A stretch of 64,000 bases of DNA from Bugula neritina (taxonomy: Eukaryota > Animalia > Bryozoa): NCBI GenBank assembly GCA_964035545.1, contig OZ037772.1, forward strand, positions 11,840,818 through 11,904,817. The letters are read 5' to 3'. Positions within the stretch are counted from its first letter, which is position 1; the number at the start of each line of letters is the position of its first letter. The position numbers were made by a program, and so were the translations under genes. Below, piece by piece: positions 32,690-46,660 of this stretch. The notes beneath the pieces are model-generated. The model ran no database searches. It was not told the DNA's origin and saw only the letters and a list, made by a program, of their open reading frames with translations.

Positions 32690-33610
32690 GAAAATGGAAT
32701 TTTATATGTAAACTCTAAATCTATAACCATCCACCCCATGTCATAAGAAACATCACACAAGCCAGGAACAATAGGCTCCCAACCTCTCATCTAACGGAGA
32801 AGTTTTTAGTCAATCAACAAGAAGTACTAATTAAAAGTTGGTACACACACAGCTTAACAGTCCAGCCAAAACACACTACTAGCAGACCAAAAAGAACAAA
32901 AAAAGAAACATCACATGCTATAACCCTCCATTCTCCAAAAGTGTAACAAGTAACCTGGAAAAGCTTTTTTTTTTAAATTCTGCATGGAGGAAGAAATACC
33001 CAGAGATCACAAACTCTACAAAAATTTCAACAAAAACAACATAAAACTCAATTATAGAAATCTAAACAACATTATCAACAGCCACAATCAAAGATTACTC
33101 AACCCAGCAATCTAACCTCCTCAAAAATGTAACCGTAAAAGCAACACAGCGTGTCCACTAGACAGAAAATGCCTCACCAAGTGTATCATATATTATACCA
33201 AGCTACATTTACATCCAATAACGGCAGCCAACCTCAAACCTACGTAGGAACATCAGAAACAGAATTCAAGACCAGATTATATAACCACAAATCAAATTTT
33301 AACAACAAAACAAAAAAGAATCACCCCAAACTGAACAAATACATCTCGGAATTAAAAGAAATGAGATTTTATCCACATGCAGACATGCAAGAAAGCACTA
33401 CCTGGGCAACATCACATAACCATACAAACCACAGCAACTCCTAACTATTTTATTACCTATAATAAATAAGCTTTTATAGTCTAATCCTTTTATAACCAGC
33501 ATGCTTTATACATTTTATTTATTTTTAGTCTGACACCTGAAGAGTGCAGTTCACTGTACCAAACTATTTAGTCGTGTGAGATTTTTTACATAAAATGTTA
33601 TATATCTTTA
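32690..33610 (+). mobile_element. Decayed Penelope-like retroelement 3' part (GIY-YIG endonuclease remnant plus terminal region)
   Basis: A-rich frameshifted coding remnant including ILYQATFTSNNGSQPQTYVGTSETEFKTRLYNHKSNF (GIY-YIG-like). Downstream degenerate hammerhead acac-CTGAAGA-gtgcag(ttca)ctgtac-CAAA-ctatttagTC-gtgt at 33533-33577. Confidence 0.8.
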
Positions 33611-34053
33611 TCAATCTGAAGCTGACAGTGTATATATAGTTTGTTAATGTCAAATAGTGCTGCACTCAATGAAACACTATGTGTATCATTGACGCTGTAT
33701 TAACTGATTAGTTGCCCTTCATCATTCACCATCAGCAATTCATCAACTGAAAATTTTATTTGTGAAAATATTAAGTTCTAAAACTACATAAGTTTTTAGA
33801 AGACTAATTTTAAATAAAAGTTTTTAGTAATATATAAGGATTTAGGTGAAAAGTTGTAAAAATATTTAATGACACCATCATGTAGGTTATATTGAGTTAG
33901 CAATGTTAGGCTGGCCAGAAACCACTTCTATTGTATATAAAACGAAAGTATATATACCTACTACACCCAGGTTTCATTGAAAATGTACTTATAGACTACT
34001 AAAGCATAAGCTAAAAATTAGAAATCATCATTTCAATTTCATCAAAAGCCTCA

Positions 34054-37000
34054 TCATGTTGAAAAGACTTCCGGCTCATAAACCACCTCAAAGTTCTCTG
34101 AGTCCAATCTCTTGTAGATGCCTTGTTTAAACTGAAAGAAGTCTTTGTAGAAGTTGCCAAGGAAACGGTTGTAGAGTTTCTTAGCCATGACGCTGTCAGG
34201 TTGCTGCTGTCCGGTCTGCTTACAAATCGAGTCATAGTAGTCCCACTGTGTGTAGGATACGACATGGAAATTCTTAGGCTTCAGGCCGAGATCCGTGACA
34301 TTCTTTTTGTAGGTATCTTGGTAGTCTTTCTCCATTTCCTAACATGCAGAATGTTTATCAGGATTTCAATTGAAAATGTTTAAAGTTTATGCTTTTAGGC
34401 ACTTGAGCTATGAAGGTACATGTGAGTTCTATAATCACTACATCACACTGTGTTCAAGATTTGTAAGTGTACACACACACGCGCACACGCGCACACGCGC
34501 ACACAGACACTCACACACGCACACATGCATACTGGCAGAGACATGAAGTGCAGGAATCTTACCTCTCTACTAGGGGTTGGAATTTTTTCAGCAATCAAAG
34601 CGGCAGCCAAATCAGCCTGGACACAGAACTCTCTGATTGGTGAGCCCAGCTTGTTGAGACCGATGTAGTAGAGACTGGGGTGAGCTATGTCCACCATCAT
34701 TCTATAGATGTTGGTCACATGATCCTCCTTGATCACTGGATGACATCTTTCACTCAGGAAGGAGAAGTCATACCTGTACCAATAGTATAATATGACAGTA
34801 AGTTTTACAGCAATGAAGATGTAAGTGATGTGCCAAGTATGTATGCATTGATGCACCACTTTTAACAAAGCTTAATATAATGTAACACAATACTAGAGTG
34901 GAAACTGCTCATAACTATACAGAACCCTCTATACCAGTGGTTTCCAACCTTTTTCATACTATTCCACCCTTTCATAAATGTTGGCTACTAATCCCCCCCC
35001 CCCCCCCCCCCCCCCCCGTTACCAAGAGAGTCCTGAGTGTTTAGGAAAGGAGAGAAAGGAAACTAACAACATTTGCTAAGATGAGCTGTCTGTGTGCCCA
35101 GATCAAAAGAGTATTGTCTAAGATTTCAGACCTCATGGCATAAGAAAATGTAAAGCTGCAACAAAACATGCAATACATGAAGTTGTGTGATTCTATGTTT
35201 AATATGTGAAAACATGTATCAGAGTTAAAATGAGCCCACTATAGTTTTCTATCTGTCCTACATACCGAGAGGCAAACAATTAAGCACCGCGTGGCTCACA
35301 CATAGCTAGAATCAGACAACCAAGTACCATGCGAGTCACACATAACCATAACTACGCGGCTGAGTACCAAAAAGAAAAATTACCTGTATCCAGTGCCCAG
35401 GAAAATGATGTCGGCTTGCACGACTTTGCCATCGAGGAAGGTGATGTCATTTCCATTTATCTTAGCGATGTCTTTGACATACTCAGCATTTTCACAGAGT
35501 GGGGCTGTGATGTGATCATCGTGATGACTTACGTATATCTGAAATAGATTGGAATTTATCAGAAAATAGAGCCTGGCAAAAACATGGTACAAGTAAAATT
35601 CAGTGTCTAGGCAGAAAATTTAAAACTGAAGTAATAGGTAGCTTATAAACTATAATATATATAACTTATATATTATATAAATTATATATTGTAAATCATA
35701 ATATATATCAATAATAAATTCAGTGCTTAGACAGGAATTTAGAAACTAAAGCAATGTAACTTGCTAGTTATCGCAATGTTCAAAAATTTAAAAGCAATTT
35801 AGTTGTATCATTTAACTAATTAATTTTTGTCAGAAAATGACCATTATTAGTGTCTTTTCAATTTAATATAATTTATTTGCAAATTATTGTTATTTTAGAT
35901 TTACCAATTCCTTGAAAACAGTAAATGCATTATCTCCACATTATAATCCAGCGGTTTTGAAGCATATTAAATAATAAATACTAGTACTTTAGATTAAATG
36001 AATTGTGTTTACAAGCAATCCAGTGGTAAAACAATTTATATGCAATAAACTAGAAAGATGTGGCCAAAGTAAAACAATATAACGTTATATGGCACTATAT
36101 AATAGTTACTTGATGACAAGTAGCAGAGATGAAAACAACTGTCTATTTATAGTCTATTTATAGGAAGCTAAATGATACACAGGTCAAGTATTGCACTATA
36201 TATATAATATTATTTTTCCACCATATGATACTTGTTAATTTATGGCCAGAGTTTACAGAGAGAAAGCAATTCTTTTCCACAGAAATGCCCACCTTCTTAG
36301 CTACGGTGTGTATATCCACCAGGATATCCAGCCCTGAGAACCCAGCTCCCACTATCACCACTGTCTTACCAACATAGTGTGACGGGTTCTGATAGTAGCG
36401 GCTATGAATTATCTCCCCTGTGTACGTCTGTATGCCATCAAACTCGGGAATGTACATCTTCGACTCATGACTAAAAGCAATTCCAAAGTTACCTGACTTA
36501 CATACTTTATATATTGTGTATTTAATATGTTATTGATTTGTCTGTGTATTTAGAATCTACATGTTCTTCAGTATATTTCAGATTAAAAGAAAGTTTTATC
36601 AAATCTCACAGTTTAGTCATAAAACACTTTGGGATATAATGTTCTTATACAATAAAGAGAATAAAGTAATCCATTCTTTACAAAGTTCTACAACGTTTTA
36701 TTAAGTATTCTTAATATAGAAAAGAGATTTCATTTTATTATATTAACATATTATATATATTTTATATTACAGTGTGATGAGGAAGCATTAGATTGATATA
36801 AATGACATATATAAATTAGCGCCCTCTTTAGTACAGAAGTCATTCAATATCTCTAACATTGAAAAGGCATTATATGACCCACTTTGATGCTTAAAAATAC
36901 TAAGGCTGCAATAATAATAGCTTATAGTTTTGATAAAACATTCCTGCATGACAGTTGACCTTGACATAGCCCAAAAACATTATAATATACGTACCCAGTG

Positions 37001-40000
37001 GCTATAATAACGGCATCACACTTCTTGTTCATTATAGCTCCAGTCTCCTCATCTCTCACCATCACGTTCCATCTCTCTTTCCCCTTTACGGAGGAGATAA
37101 TGTCCACATTCAGAACAGTGTGACGGAACTGAAAGGACCACAGAATACTCGAGGTCAGGTTGAGTACTGCCTCAGCACATTGAGATGCTAGCTCTATATT
37201 GTGACCAACTCAATAGATTTTGGATCATGTGAATGTATAGCATATGTTCTTGGATTGCACATTGATTCACAACAATATATCCCTAATATGGCATTATATT
37301 GTGTTCAGTACTTTATTTCCAAGACTTGCATGCATAGAGCCGTTTGTTAAAACTGTGTTTGATCTTAGTTTCATTATATTATAATAAATTTCTTCTGCTG
37401 ATCTACACTTTGTAGCAACTGAACTATATTGAAGGAAATGTAAACAGTCTTGACTGAAGTATATTTTTCAACAGTTTAATTGTATATATGGAAATATGGA
37501 AGATGAGTGACCTAGACTTTAAAGTTAATAATGAGAACAAAATTGTGATTTAAAAGGATCTTTTATCTCTAAGACATGTAATAATGGAGATTATACCAGG
37601 TAACAGAACTTGCCTAGTGTTATGTAACCTTTATAATTATAAGGGTTTACCTGAATGTACTGGTACAACTCAAAATGTTTGGCGAAAGACTCTATATACT
37701 CGAGGATCATCCTATGGGGTAGGTAGGACTCTTTGATGTCAGCAGGAAAAGGAAATCCTGGATACCCAATCACTTCCTTTGGAAAGTTGGCCCTGTAAAC
37801 AAATTCAAAAACGTACGATAACTGTCTAAAATATGAAGATGCAGGTTTTACTAGCTTGGTGATTTCAATAGCTAATGTTCACACATGAAAGCTGCTAGTT
37901 ATTTCTATGCTTTCACTCCTATACCTTTATAAGGAGTAATGGGGTATATGCTCACCGCTTATAGTATATCTAACCGTGATTATAAATTTTATTTGCTTAT
38001 AAAAGACCTGTATATGTAATTTGATGTCATACCTGCATATAACTCATCCCTTACCCTTATATTTCTCTCTGCTATGCTATTTATTCAGTCCCATAGCAAT
38101 GTGCTGGTATTGTAATATACATTTCTTACATGCTCTGCCATGTATGTAGCCATTCATTATATTTTTACATTATTCATGTGTAAGATTCAGCCCATCAGAA
38201 GTGTATATAAGCTCTAACTAAACATCTTTATAACTTATATTATTGTAAAGTTCTGTAGGGTTAAACTGCCAACTTTCTGCATTTTCTTTTTATATATCTT
38301 GAAATTATCAATATTGAGTTTGCTTCCAAATTTCACAAGTCAAATGTTAAAAATTCACAATTAAGCTTGCAAGTATACCCTAGATAAATTTCTCCACAAC
38401 CAATTAGCAGTATCTGCTTAGCATATATGTTTTGTTTTGATGTAACATGAATGAGTTCACAGTGTAGCTATTGCACAATGGTGCCTGGCTAACTTATTCC
38501 AAAACTTTGATTGGCTGAGCGTTAGATCTGATTTACCAAAGACATAATTTATTAACCCATTTACTATGACATATATGAATGCTGCATAGCTATTTATAGA
38601 AACTATATTATTGAACAAATATTTTAGCCACAGGTAGAAAACAATGCTATAGATATGATATTAGGCTACATATTTTGCAGAATATAGGGCTATTTGGTGG
38701 CTCCCTAGTAAACTGGACACCTTGCCATTGATAGCCAATAGCTATGAATGAAGCTATATTTTGAAGCTGTCTAATATATATTGGTTTTACATTAAATGTA
38801 TAATATTATTATAATTTTTACTGTAATATAATACACAGATAGACAAAGCTGGCCATAACACTTTAACCTACTTATTTCAACAGCGCTACTGCAATAGAGA
38901 TAAAATTGCTGCCAATTTGTTTAGTATAGAAATTAATTCCTAAAGTATGGAATGAGCTCCAAATTAAAGACAGTTAGAAATTACAGATGCATCTCTTGCA
39001 AATTCTAGCAAATTCTAGCATATAGCCTTTTATCATATAACAAGATATTTACTTTAAGTCATCATGAAGCAAGTGCAATATTACTGCTTGGCAAACAAAC
39101 AGAATTACAGTGAAAGCTCAGCAAATTTATTTCTTTCTCCTTTTACTTCCTGCAAGTTTGGTTTATTTAATACTTGACCATGAGCCTTAAGCAAATATAT
39201 ATACAAATTTAGTCTTAGTCTTAGCTAATATAGTTTATTTCCTTGAACTTGATCTTATAATTGAGCCTTCGCCAACATACTTTGCAGACTATGTTGCTTA
39301 GTAATAGAGCTTACCGGGTTTTCACATGAATTCTTAAACATAATATTATATTATAATATTATATTACATTATATTATATTATACTATACTGTATTATATT
39401 ATATTATATTATATTAACATAGTACTAGTTCCGATGAAACTTTTTCATAAAATTATTTTGATGCAATTATTTCTATATAAGTCAGAAGCTGAGACTACTT
39501 TAGTGTAAATAAATAAGGCTTAAGGCTCATTGCCTATGTTTACACTAATATAAGACAACTTTCAATTAATGTTTTGCTGATAATTAGTCACAATTTTCAA
39601 ATTGACCTAAAATATATGTTATGATTATTAAATGTCACATGCAGTTCTTTGTGGGGAATTATTGCATTTGATCAGCTGCTGCCAGCATGGTCAGTGGCTA
39701 TGCTGATTGGTCAGTGGCTATGCTGCTGCCAGAATTTCAATGAAGAATATTTAACAGGCTGATATTTAATATTCAAAATATAAACACTGCAATCTTTCTG
39801 CTTGAATGAGCTTAAGTTGGTCAGATAGGCCAAAGAACAAGTTGACATGCTATATAAAATTAATATAGATGTGGAGGCACTGGAAATGTGTTTCTGTCAA
39901 CAATAGTAGAGTATATGTTTTGGAATGCTGTCTCCGCTGCATACCAGATCTGTTTTATGTCTATTCAGTATTTAAACAGTCATATAAATATTATTTTTAC

Positions 40001-40801
40001 TATTCCTCTAAAGATAATTAGTATACACTTTGAATTATAAAACTATGGTCCCACCTTTCTTGAACTGGATGATACTATACAATATGCTATGCACTTGAAT
40101 GTTGCTTTGAAAGTCTCAGTAGTTTATATTAAAAATTAGAAGTTAGTTGCAGCATGTATCACTGCAGCATAAAATTTATAACATGTACTATGTGCAGTAA
40201 AGAAGAAACCTTATTAGCCCAATTCTGGTGATTTTTCCTATATATTGCTCATCTAAATTTCTTCACTGTAATGTGTTTTATTAATATGAAAATGACATAG
40301 AGGTTAGAAAAAAATTCTATTTTGGAATTTCATTAGAAGTTTTTTTGGGGAGGGGAAGCGAGGCTGGAAATATTTCTGCCCTGCTATCCAAGGGACTCCA
40401 TTCTCAAAGGTCTCATTATATTGTATTGCTGAATATCAAGATTGTTGGTCATGCAAAAATTACTGGCTTCAAAATGTATCAGTATATGTTATAAATTGGC
40501 AAAAATTGCTGGCTTAATTAAAATTTAAACAAGAAAATTAATGTTGATTGAGTTTAAACTCAATCAATGATTAGGCAACTCATTATTCTCATTGGAATAC
40601 CTAACTAAAACTATTAAACTAAGCTCACCTTAAGTTGTCATACATAGGGGAGTTCTTGTAGGGGTCCCTGTTCACCCAGACACCACCTACTCTGTCGCTA
40701 ACCTCATATGCCGTAATCTTCACCTCATCTTTGTACTTACTCAGCGATCTGATTGCTGCGAGTCCCGACGGTCCAGCCCCGATGATCACCACTTCTTTCA
40801 T
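34054..40801 (-). CDS. Flavin-containing monooxygenase, copy B (425 aa)
   Basis: Exons 40629-40801, 37651-37792, 36995-37128, 36293-36470, 35384-35538, 34563-34773, 34054-34338 total 1278 nt. Same exon sizes as copy A except +9 nt in the last exon; canonical GAGPSG, IIATGH and GAGFSGLD motifs. Confidence 0.93.
34936..35020. mobile_element. Possible hAT-like MITE end fragment with poly-C tract
   Basis: cagtggtttccaacctttt resembles hAT MITE termini; absent from the paralogous intron of copy A; no second TIR found. Confidence 0.4.
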
Positions 40802-43736
40802 GACGACTCTAGTAAGATGACTACTCTAGTAAGATGTTGTCTAGCAGAGAGTTAGACCTGCAGTGAACTGTCAACTTGCAAGTATTGAGATGTCCGATTT
40901 ATGTGCCGGGTGATACAATGTGTACACAGGGCAAGGTTATCTTGAAAGCATTGCATGAATGTAGTCTTACTTCTTTTGTTATCTTATGGGTGGTATGTGC
41001 ATTGCCTGCCTGACTATTGCTTAGACTCGCCTTAGAGCATGGCTACACTGTATACAACAGACTTCTAAATAATAATATTATGGCAATTGACTTAGAACTT
41101 GGAGATAAGAACCTCTGAAATGTTATATAGAAGTGTAGGAGTAGCTGATTTTGTTGAATAATATTACTTGATAAGGCAGGGAGGGGTCTTGACCATCCGC
41201 AATGTTGATTGTCTACTAGTCTAGTGATATGAATAATTTTATTATAGATAATTGTAAATTGTAAATTACTTGAGATACATGGGAAGCTCAACAAATATTC
41301 TAAGTTTTAATATATTATAACCTGTATGCAAAAAAATAAACAATCTCAAGCATCTACACACGCATTATTACTTTGAGAGCTCTGGCCTCAAACTGTCCTA
41401 AAAAGTCATTCAGCAAATTAAAAAAATTATGTAAGTTATTGATTTTAATATAATAATATAATATGATAACACAATCTGGAGAAATAAAAAGGCTTTTGTA
41501 AATTGCTCTACATATTATGTGGTAAACTTCAACCACTCTAAAATCAAAATGATAAATTAGACCACTAGTATGTAACAGCAGAATTCTCCTCTTGATGAAC
41601 AGCATGTTTTCAAATTACTCACTGAAGCTAAACTAGCTGTCTATTAGTGGTGACTATAATAGCATATTATGATAATTATTATAGGAGTTCAGGCTGCATT
41701 GCTGAAAGACAGTGTGTCAGATCTTCTATAAAACCAACTTAGTACCTATGGAGACTTGTATATTTGATCTTAAATTAAACTTAAAGTTAGTTAATTTGTT
41801 TTAACAAGAATTAATTGCTTATTTGATAATATATTAGACAGTGAACCTTTAAAGTTTCAAATATCCCATTTAATGTGTGTCTTCCACGTTGCACCATGAA
41901 AATCTAACAGGTGCAGTTCAGGCTAGGCTAAATAAGACACAAATTGAGCGACTACAGGTCAATGTGTGTCAAACATTATCCAAATCTGTATAGAACCGGT
42001 CTATCACTATGTAATTCTTTTAGCAGATAGAAATGTTAACATAAGGATACTGAATGGTAGGTCACGTGGCTTGAAGAGGTAATCATGCTGGTCACAGTAA
42101 TGCCAAGGTATCAAAGCTTACTCAGATGCCTGGGATGTGAGCCAATTCTAGAGGTCAAAGGGCAGCTATCATCACACGGCTAAATACAACTCAGCCAAGG
42201 GAAAGAATGAAGTTTACAACTCAACATATAGTCACACGCATGTAATAGCTGTTGATACTATATAGCTATTTTTAGCTTAGTTTTAGCAAACTACACTTAA
42301 CTTTTCAACTCATATGAGCCTCATCGCTCTATAGCATTAAAGTTAAATGTAAGCCAACTAGGAAATAGATAAACTAAATTATATATTTTAGGGCAAACAA
42401 GATGCCAAAAATTTACTAAAAGGCAGTATTTTATGCTGACTCCTGTTTGTGACTCTTTCCTGCAGAAATTGGTAACTCATCTTATAAAAATATTTGCAAG
42501 ATAACAACAAAACGGCAACCTCAAATAAGCTAAGACCAGTTTTTTGTGTATACATGAGAGACCCAATTACAAATTATTTTTAGAAATTTAATAGGCATAT
42601 TAATCTTTGGAATATAGCATATATTATGATGAAGATTTATGAGATATACTATATAGATATATTATAGTAAAATATATGAAGTATGCACACAATTTTCCTA
42701 ATTTTAATGAATGTCAAATTCTGATGATCATTTAAATCTTTCAGTATTGAATTTTAGCCAAAATGCACTTCAAATAGAATGCAAAATTTCCTCATAAAAT
42801 AAACCCCTGCCAAACTGCCAACATATACTGAATAAATAAATGTATTCTGTTTCATAATCATGACTTTTTTCAAACTATTTTTAAACTCATATTTGGGCAG
42901 TTTTTGCAGCAAGTGCCCATTTTGACATTCCATCAGGTTAATTATTGAGCACCTTGCTCCAACCAGGAGACTGAATATGGAATAAAATGTAAGGAAAAGA
43001 TCAAAAATAAAAATGTTAACATTTCACAGATCAAGGGTATGCTATTTGGTGTAGATTACACAGTATACAGAAACTTGAAGCAGAGCTACCATAAATTACA
43101 TGACAACTAGATTATATTTATATTTGCCTTGTGCATGTCATTTCTTGCAATTATCAATATGGTCAATTAATAGTTATTCTTGCAAATTATTTCTATAAAG
43201 TCTACCTTTTATAATAGCAAAAATGTTATGCAACCTCTTTAGTTAAAACTGGTGAAATTTTAAGCACTAAGTATAATAAGTATTGAAAATAAATTTATTG
43301 TCCTGTTTTGATAAATCTTATATGAGTTCAGATAAGCAAGTTGAGATATTAAATAATATATTAAAAAGTATAATGAATTCACAATCTATTAAATTTCAAT
43401 GTTCAAGAAAATGAAATAAAAATCAATCTAAATTTATAGTTTTTGATAAGAATCTCTTATACAATTTGGAAAAGTATTTCAACTAAAATAAACATACAGA
43501 AAATTTACACCATGCAGAAAAAATAATGAATAATTTGTTGGCAAGTAAACTATTAGATTATTAATAGTTAATAGATTGTCACGGAGAAATAATTATTCAA
43601 GTAAGTATAGAGACTAGAGAGACAGTAAAGAACTGGAAAATTTTCAAAGTGATAGAAGGTTGTGCCAGTAATCCTCACTGGCAATTTCTATAGCCTCAGA
43701 TCCATGCCATTAGCTTTATCAACTGAGTCTGGTCAC

Positions 43737-46660
43737 TCACAAGTCCTTGATCTCCTCATAGCTGTTTACCGTAAGAAATCTCGTACCGTCAGTATACAAG
43801 TGAGACGGTAACCACGGCAACAACCAACAGAACTTCCAATTCTTACCAAAGATCTGTTTCAGATTAGCCATAGTTCCAATATCGTATTCTTTCCCTTGCC
43901 CTAAATAATAAATACTAGGGTCATAAGTTGAACACAAGACAAGCAAAGAGTATATTGTTATAGTGCAGAGAAAACAGGTAAAGAAAACAAGGAGTTGTCA
44001 CCACCTGTCTCAGGTGCTGACTACCTTGCTGCTGCTTGTTTCAACCACAGTTTATCAAAATTCTGAAGACAGCAGTGACGTAAAACCAATAGATGTGTGG
44101 CTATAAGTAGAGCTACTACAGGTGACAAGATGGCTGCCAGTTCAGGTGACAAGATGGCTGCCAGTACTGGTGGAAAAATGGCTGCAGCTGTTAGTGTCAG
44201 AACCTGATACTCTAATGTTACCGCAATCATATAAATCTAAATCTGATTTGAGTGCTTTGAATAGAATAGAATAGTATTTACTGCAATGCTGGCGAAATAT
44301 TTAGAATATTACAGAAATTAGTTAATAGCATTTGTTACAGGATGAAGTATGACATGTTCCAGTTGAGCGAGATCATGGAATTATGTCTTCCTATATTATT
44401 ACTTGAGGGGAAAGAAACTTGGGTCATTTTACTTAATTTAGTACACGCTGGAAACCTCCAGTTTTTAGCTATTTTGTACAAATTAGCAGCTTATGAAGTT
44501 TTTGCCTAAAACTAGTTAAATATCAATAAATACACCTAAATAATTAAAATTCTTTTTAATTTTGCTTGATTTCCCATGTTTTTTCATATTTATTTAGCTA
44601 ATTTGGATTGCGGACCGTTACGAAAAAACCGTAATGATCCGCAATCAAAAGTAGCTGAATGAGAATCTGACAAGGCACTGTGTAAAGCTACAGTTGAGAT
44701 ACAGCCCTGGCCAAAGGAGAGTTGTCATGAGACAGCGACGAGAAAGAGTGGAATGTTTGTAACAACATAGCAACTCACTTCTGTTTATCTCGTAGGAAGT
44801 TCGACCTTGACGAATCATGTTAAGCTGGTAGAGCAGGTATCCGGCGGACAGCAAAGTTCCGAAGAGGATGAGGGAAGACATGAAAGCTACGATGAACGTG
44901 AACGGCCCGTGAATTCCTGTAGACATACGCATCGGAATATGAACATAAATAGTTATTAATAATTAACATTTAACAATTATTAATACCTGCCACCGGCGAA
45001 GGACCACGGCGACGAAAGGTGATCATCATTTAACAATTATTAATTGAAATTATTAGCAAAATGTTCAACTTATACAAAAAGCAAATAAATCACAAAATAA
45101 TTAGTTGTGTTAAAGTAAATATATGAAGCTAATTGACTAACAAACAGATTTATTTCCCATTATATTCTACCCACATTAGGTTAAAATATTATCAAGAAAA
45201 CCCCTGATGGTAGGCAGGTTAAGGACTGTGCTTTTCAAAGTAGCACCATTACGACCTGGTGGCAACACTAATGGGGCTGGTGGGGTTTGAATTTATGACC
45301 TAGCTGCAATGAGCATGTAAAAACAGGGGAAGTTAACTTCACTATGTAGAAAGTATTCTGTCACGTAGCCTTGGATCAACATGTCCTACTCTAGATTAAA
45401 CTAATTACAAAAAGTGGGATGACTATAGAAAAACTGATGATAATTTTTGGCTAAACTATGATGCAGACGAGTGGTCAAAGTGATCACAAATACTGAGATT
45501 AGGCTGCAACCCACCAGAAGAAGAAAACTCCCATAATAAACTCTATCTATGGAATATTGTCTAACAGGGAGCAAAAAGAAACTATGTTTATAACAAGGTA
45601 ATTTCAAAGTTTCTTAAAAAGTATTCTTAGTTTCAAAAAATTTGTAATCTGGAACTGACTACTGCCTTTTCCAAGCATAGCAAGAGATAAAGAAGTTGTA
45701 TAGATATATTTACCCATGAGCCAAGCTGCCCATGGCAGCAGCATAGCAAGTAGAGTTTGGAAGCTTAGACCACCCATGATGTCCACCACAAACTCTGCAT
45801 TCAGCACATTGATGTAAATGCCACACACAGAGAGGTAAAGGAGTAACATGATGAAGTATCTGTAATTCTGATGACCTACAAGAAAATTTAATTTTTGGCA
45901 TCCGTGTTTGAATAAATAACGGAAAATCAAAAGTTTACAATTGTGAATTATTGTCTGCTATTCAATGCATAAACTAGGCCAAAAATGACAGTTTAAACTT
46001 AAAACTAGACTTGATGTTTTAAAAAGGCTTATTCAGAAATAAAACAAGCACTTGTACAAAATTGTCAGATTGACATTCGCACTGACCTACGCAAACACCT
46101 GCAAATGTGCAGTGGTGGTCTCGTCTTAGAATACATCTGCCACATGCAGAACAGTGCCACGAGCGTGGGGGAGAGTTGCATTCACAAGTGTAGCAAAATC
46201 TACAAGTAGAAAGTAAATTATTCTTATTTCATTTACAAGTTTGAGACTTGTAGTGTTGATTTAATGCAAGCAAATAATGCCATGAATCTATTATCCATTA
46301 GTAATTACTACATAAATATAAGAGCAAATAAAATTGTTTTATCTGAGATTCAATGTGAATGTGATTCACAGTTGAAATGAGAACTTACTTCCAACTTTCT
46401 TTTAGCATTGTCGGCATAATCATTCCTTTAGTGCTGCTATCTGTTTTAATTAACTGAATATAGTTTCCATAAATGTTAATTAGAAAAAATAATCCAATTA
46501 TGAAATGAAAAGTGAACCCTAAACTTGAGTCTTCGTCTACTGTGGGTAAAACTGTCAATACTTCATACAGGGTTATAGCACAAAAGGCAAAGTTCATAAA
46601 AATAAATGCAGGATAATCTGAAGAATCCTTGGGCAGGAACTTGAACTTAAATGCAGACAT
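43737..46660 (-). CDS. ZDHHC24: DHHC palmitoyltransferase, ZDHHC24-like (282 aa)
   Basis: Exons 46389-46660, 46087-46199, 45714-45875, 44779-44916, 43737-43900 total 849 nt. CYTCECNSPPRSWHCSACGRCILRRDHHCTFAGVCVGHQNYRYF, TM segments, GRTSYE, YDIG...NLKQIFGKNW. Family is certain; orthology is inferred from size and motifs only. Confidence 0.85.

Noticed and set aside
27561-34383. Overlapping ORFs 27561-27785, 34011-34265 and 34123-34383
   Set aside because: Alternative-frame or antisense shadows of the FMO last exons.
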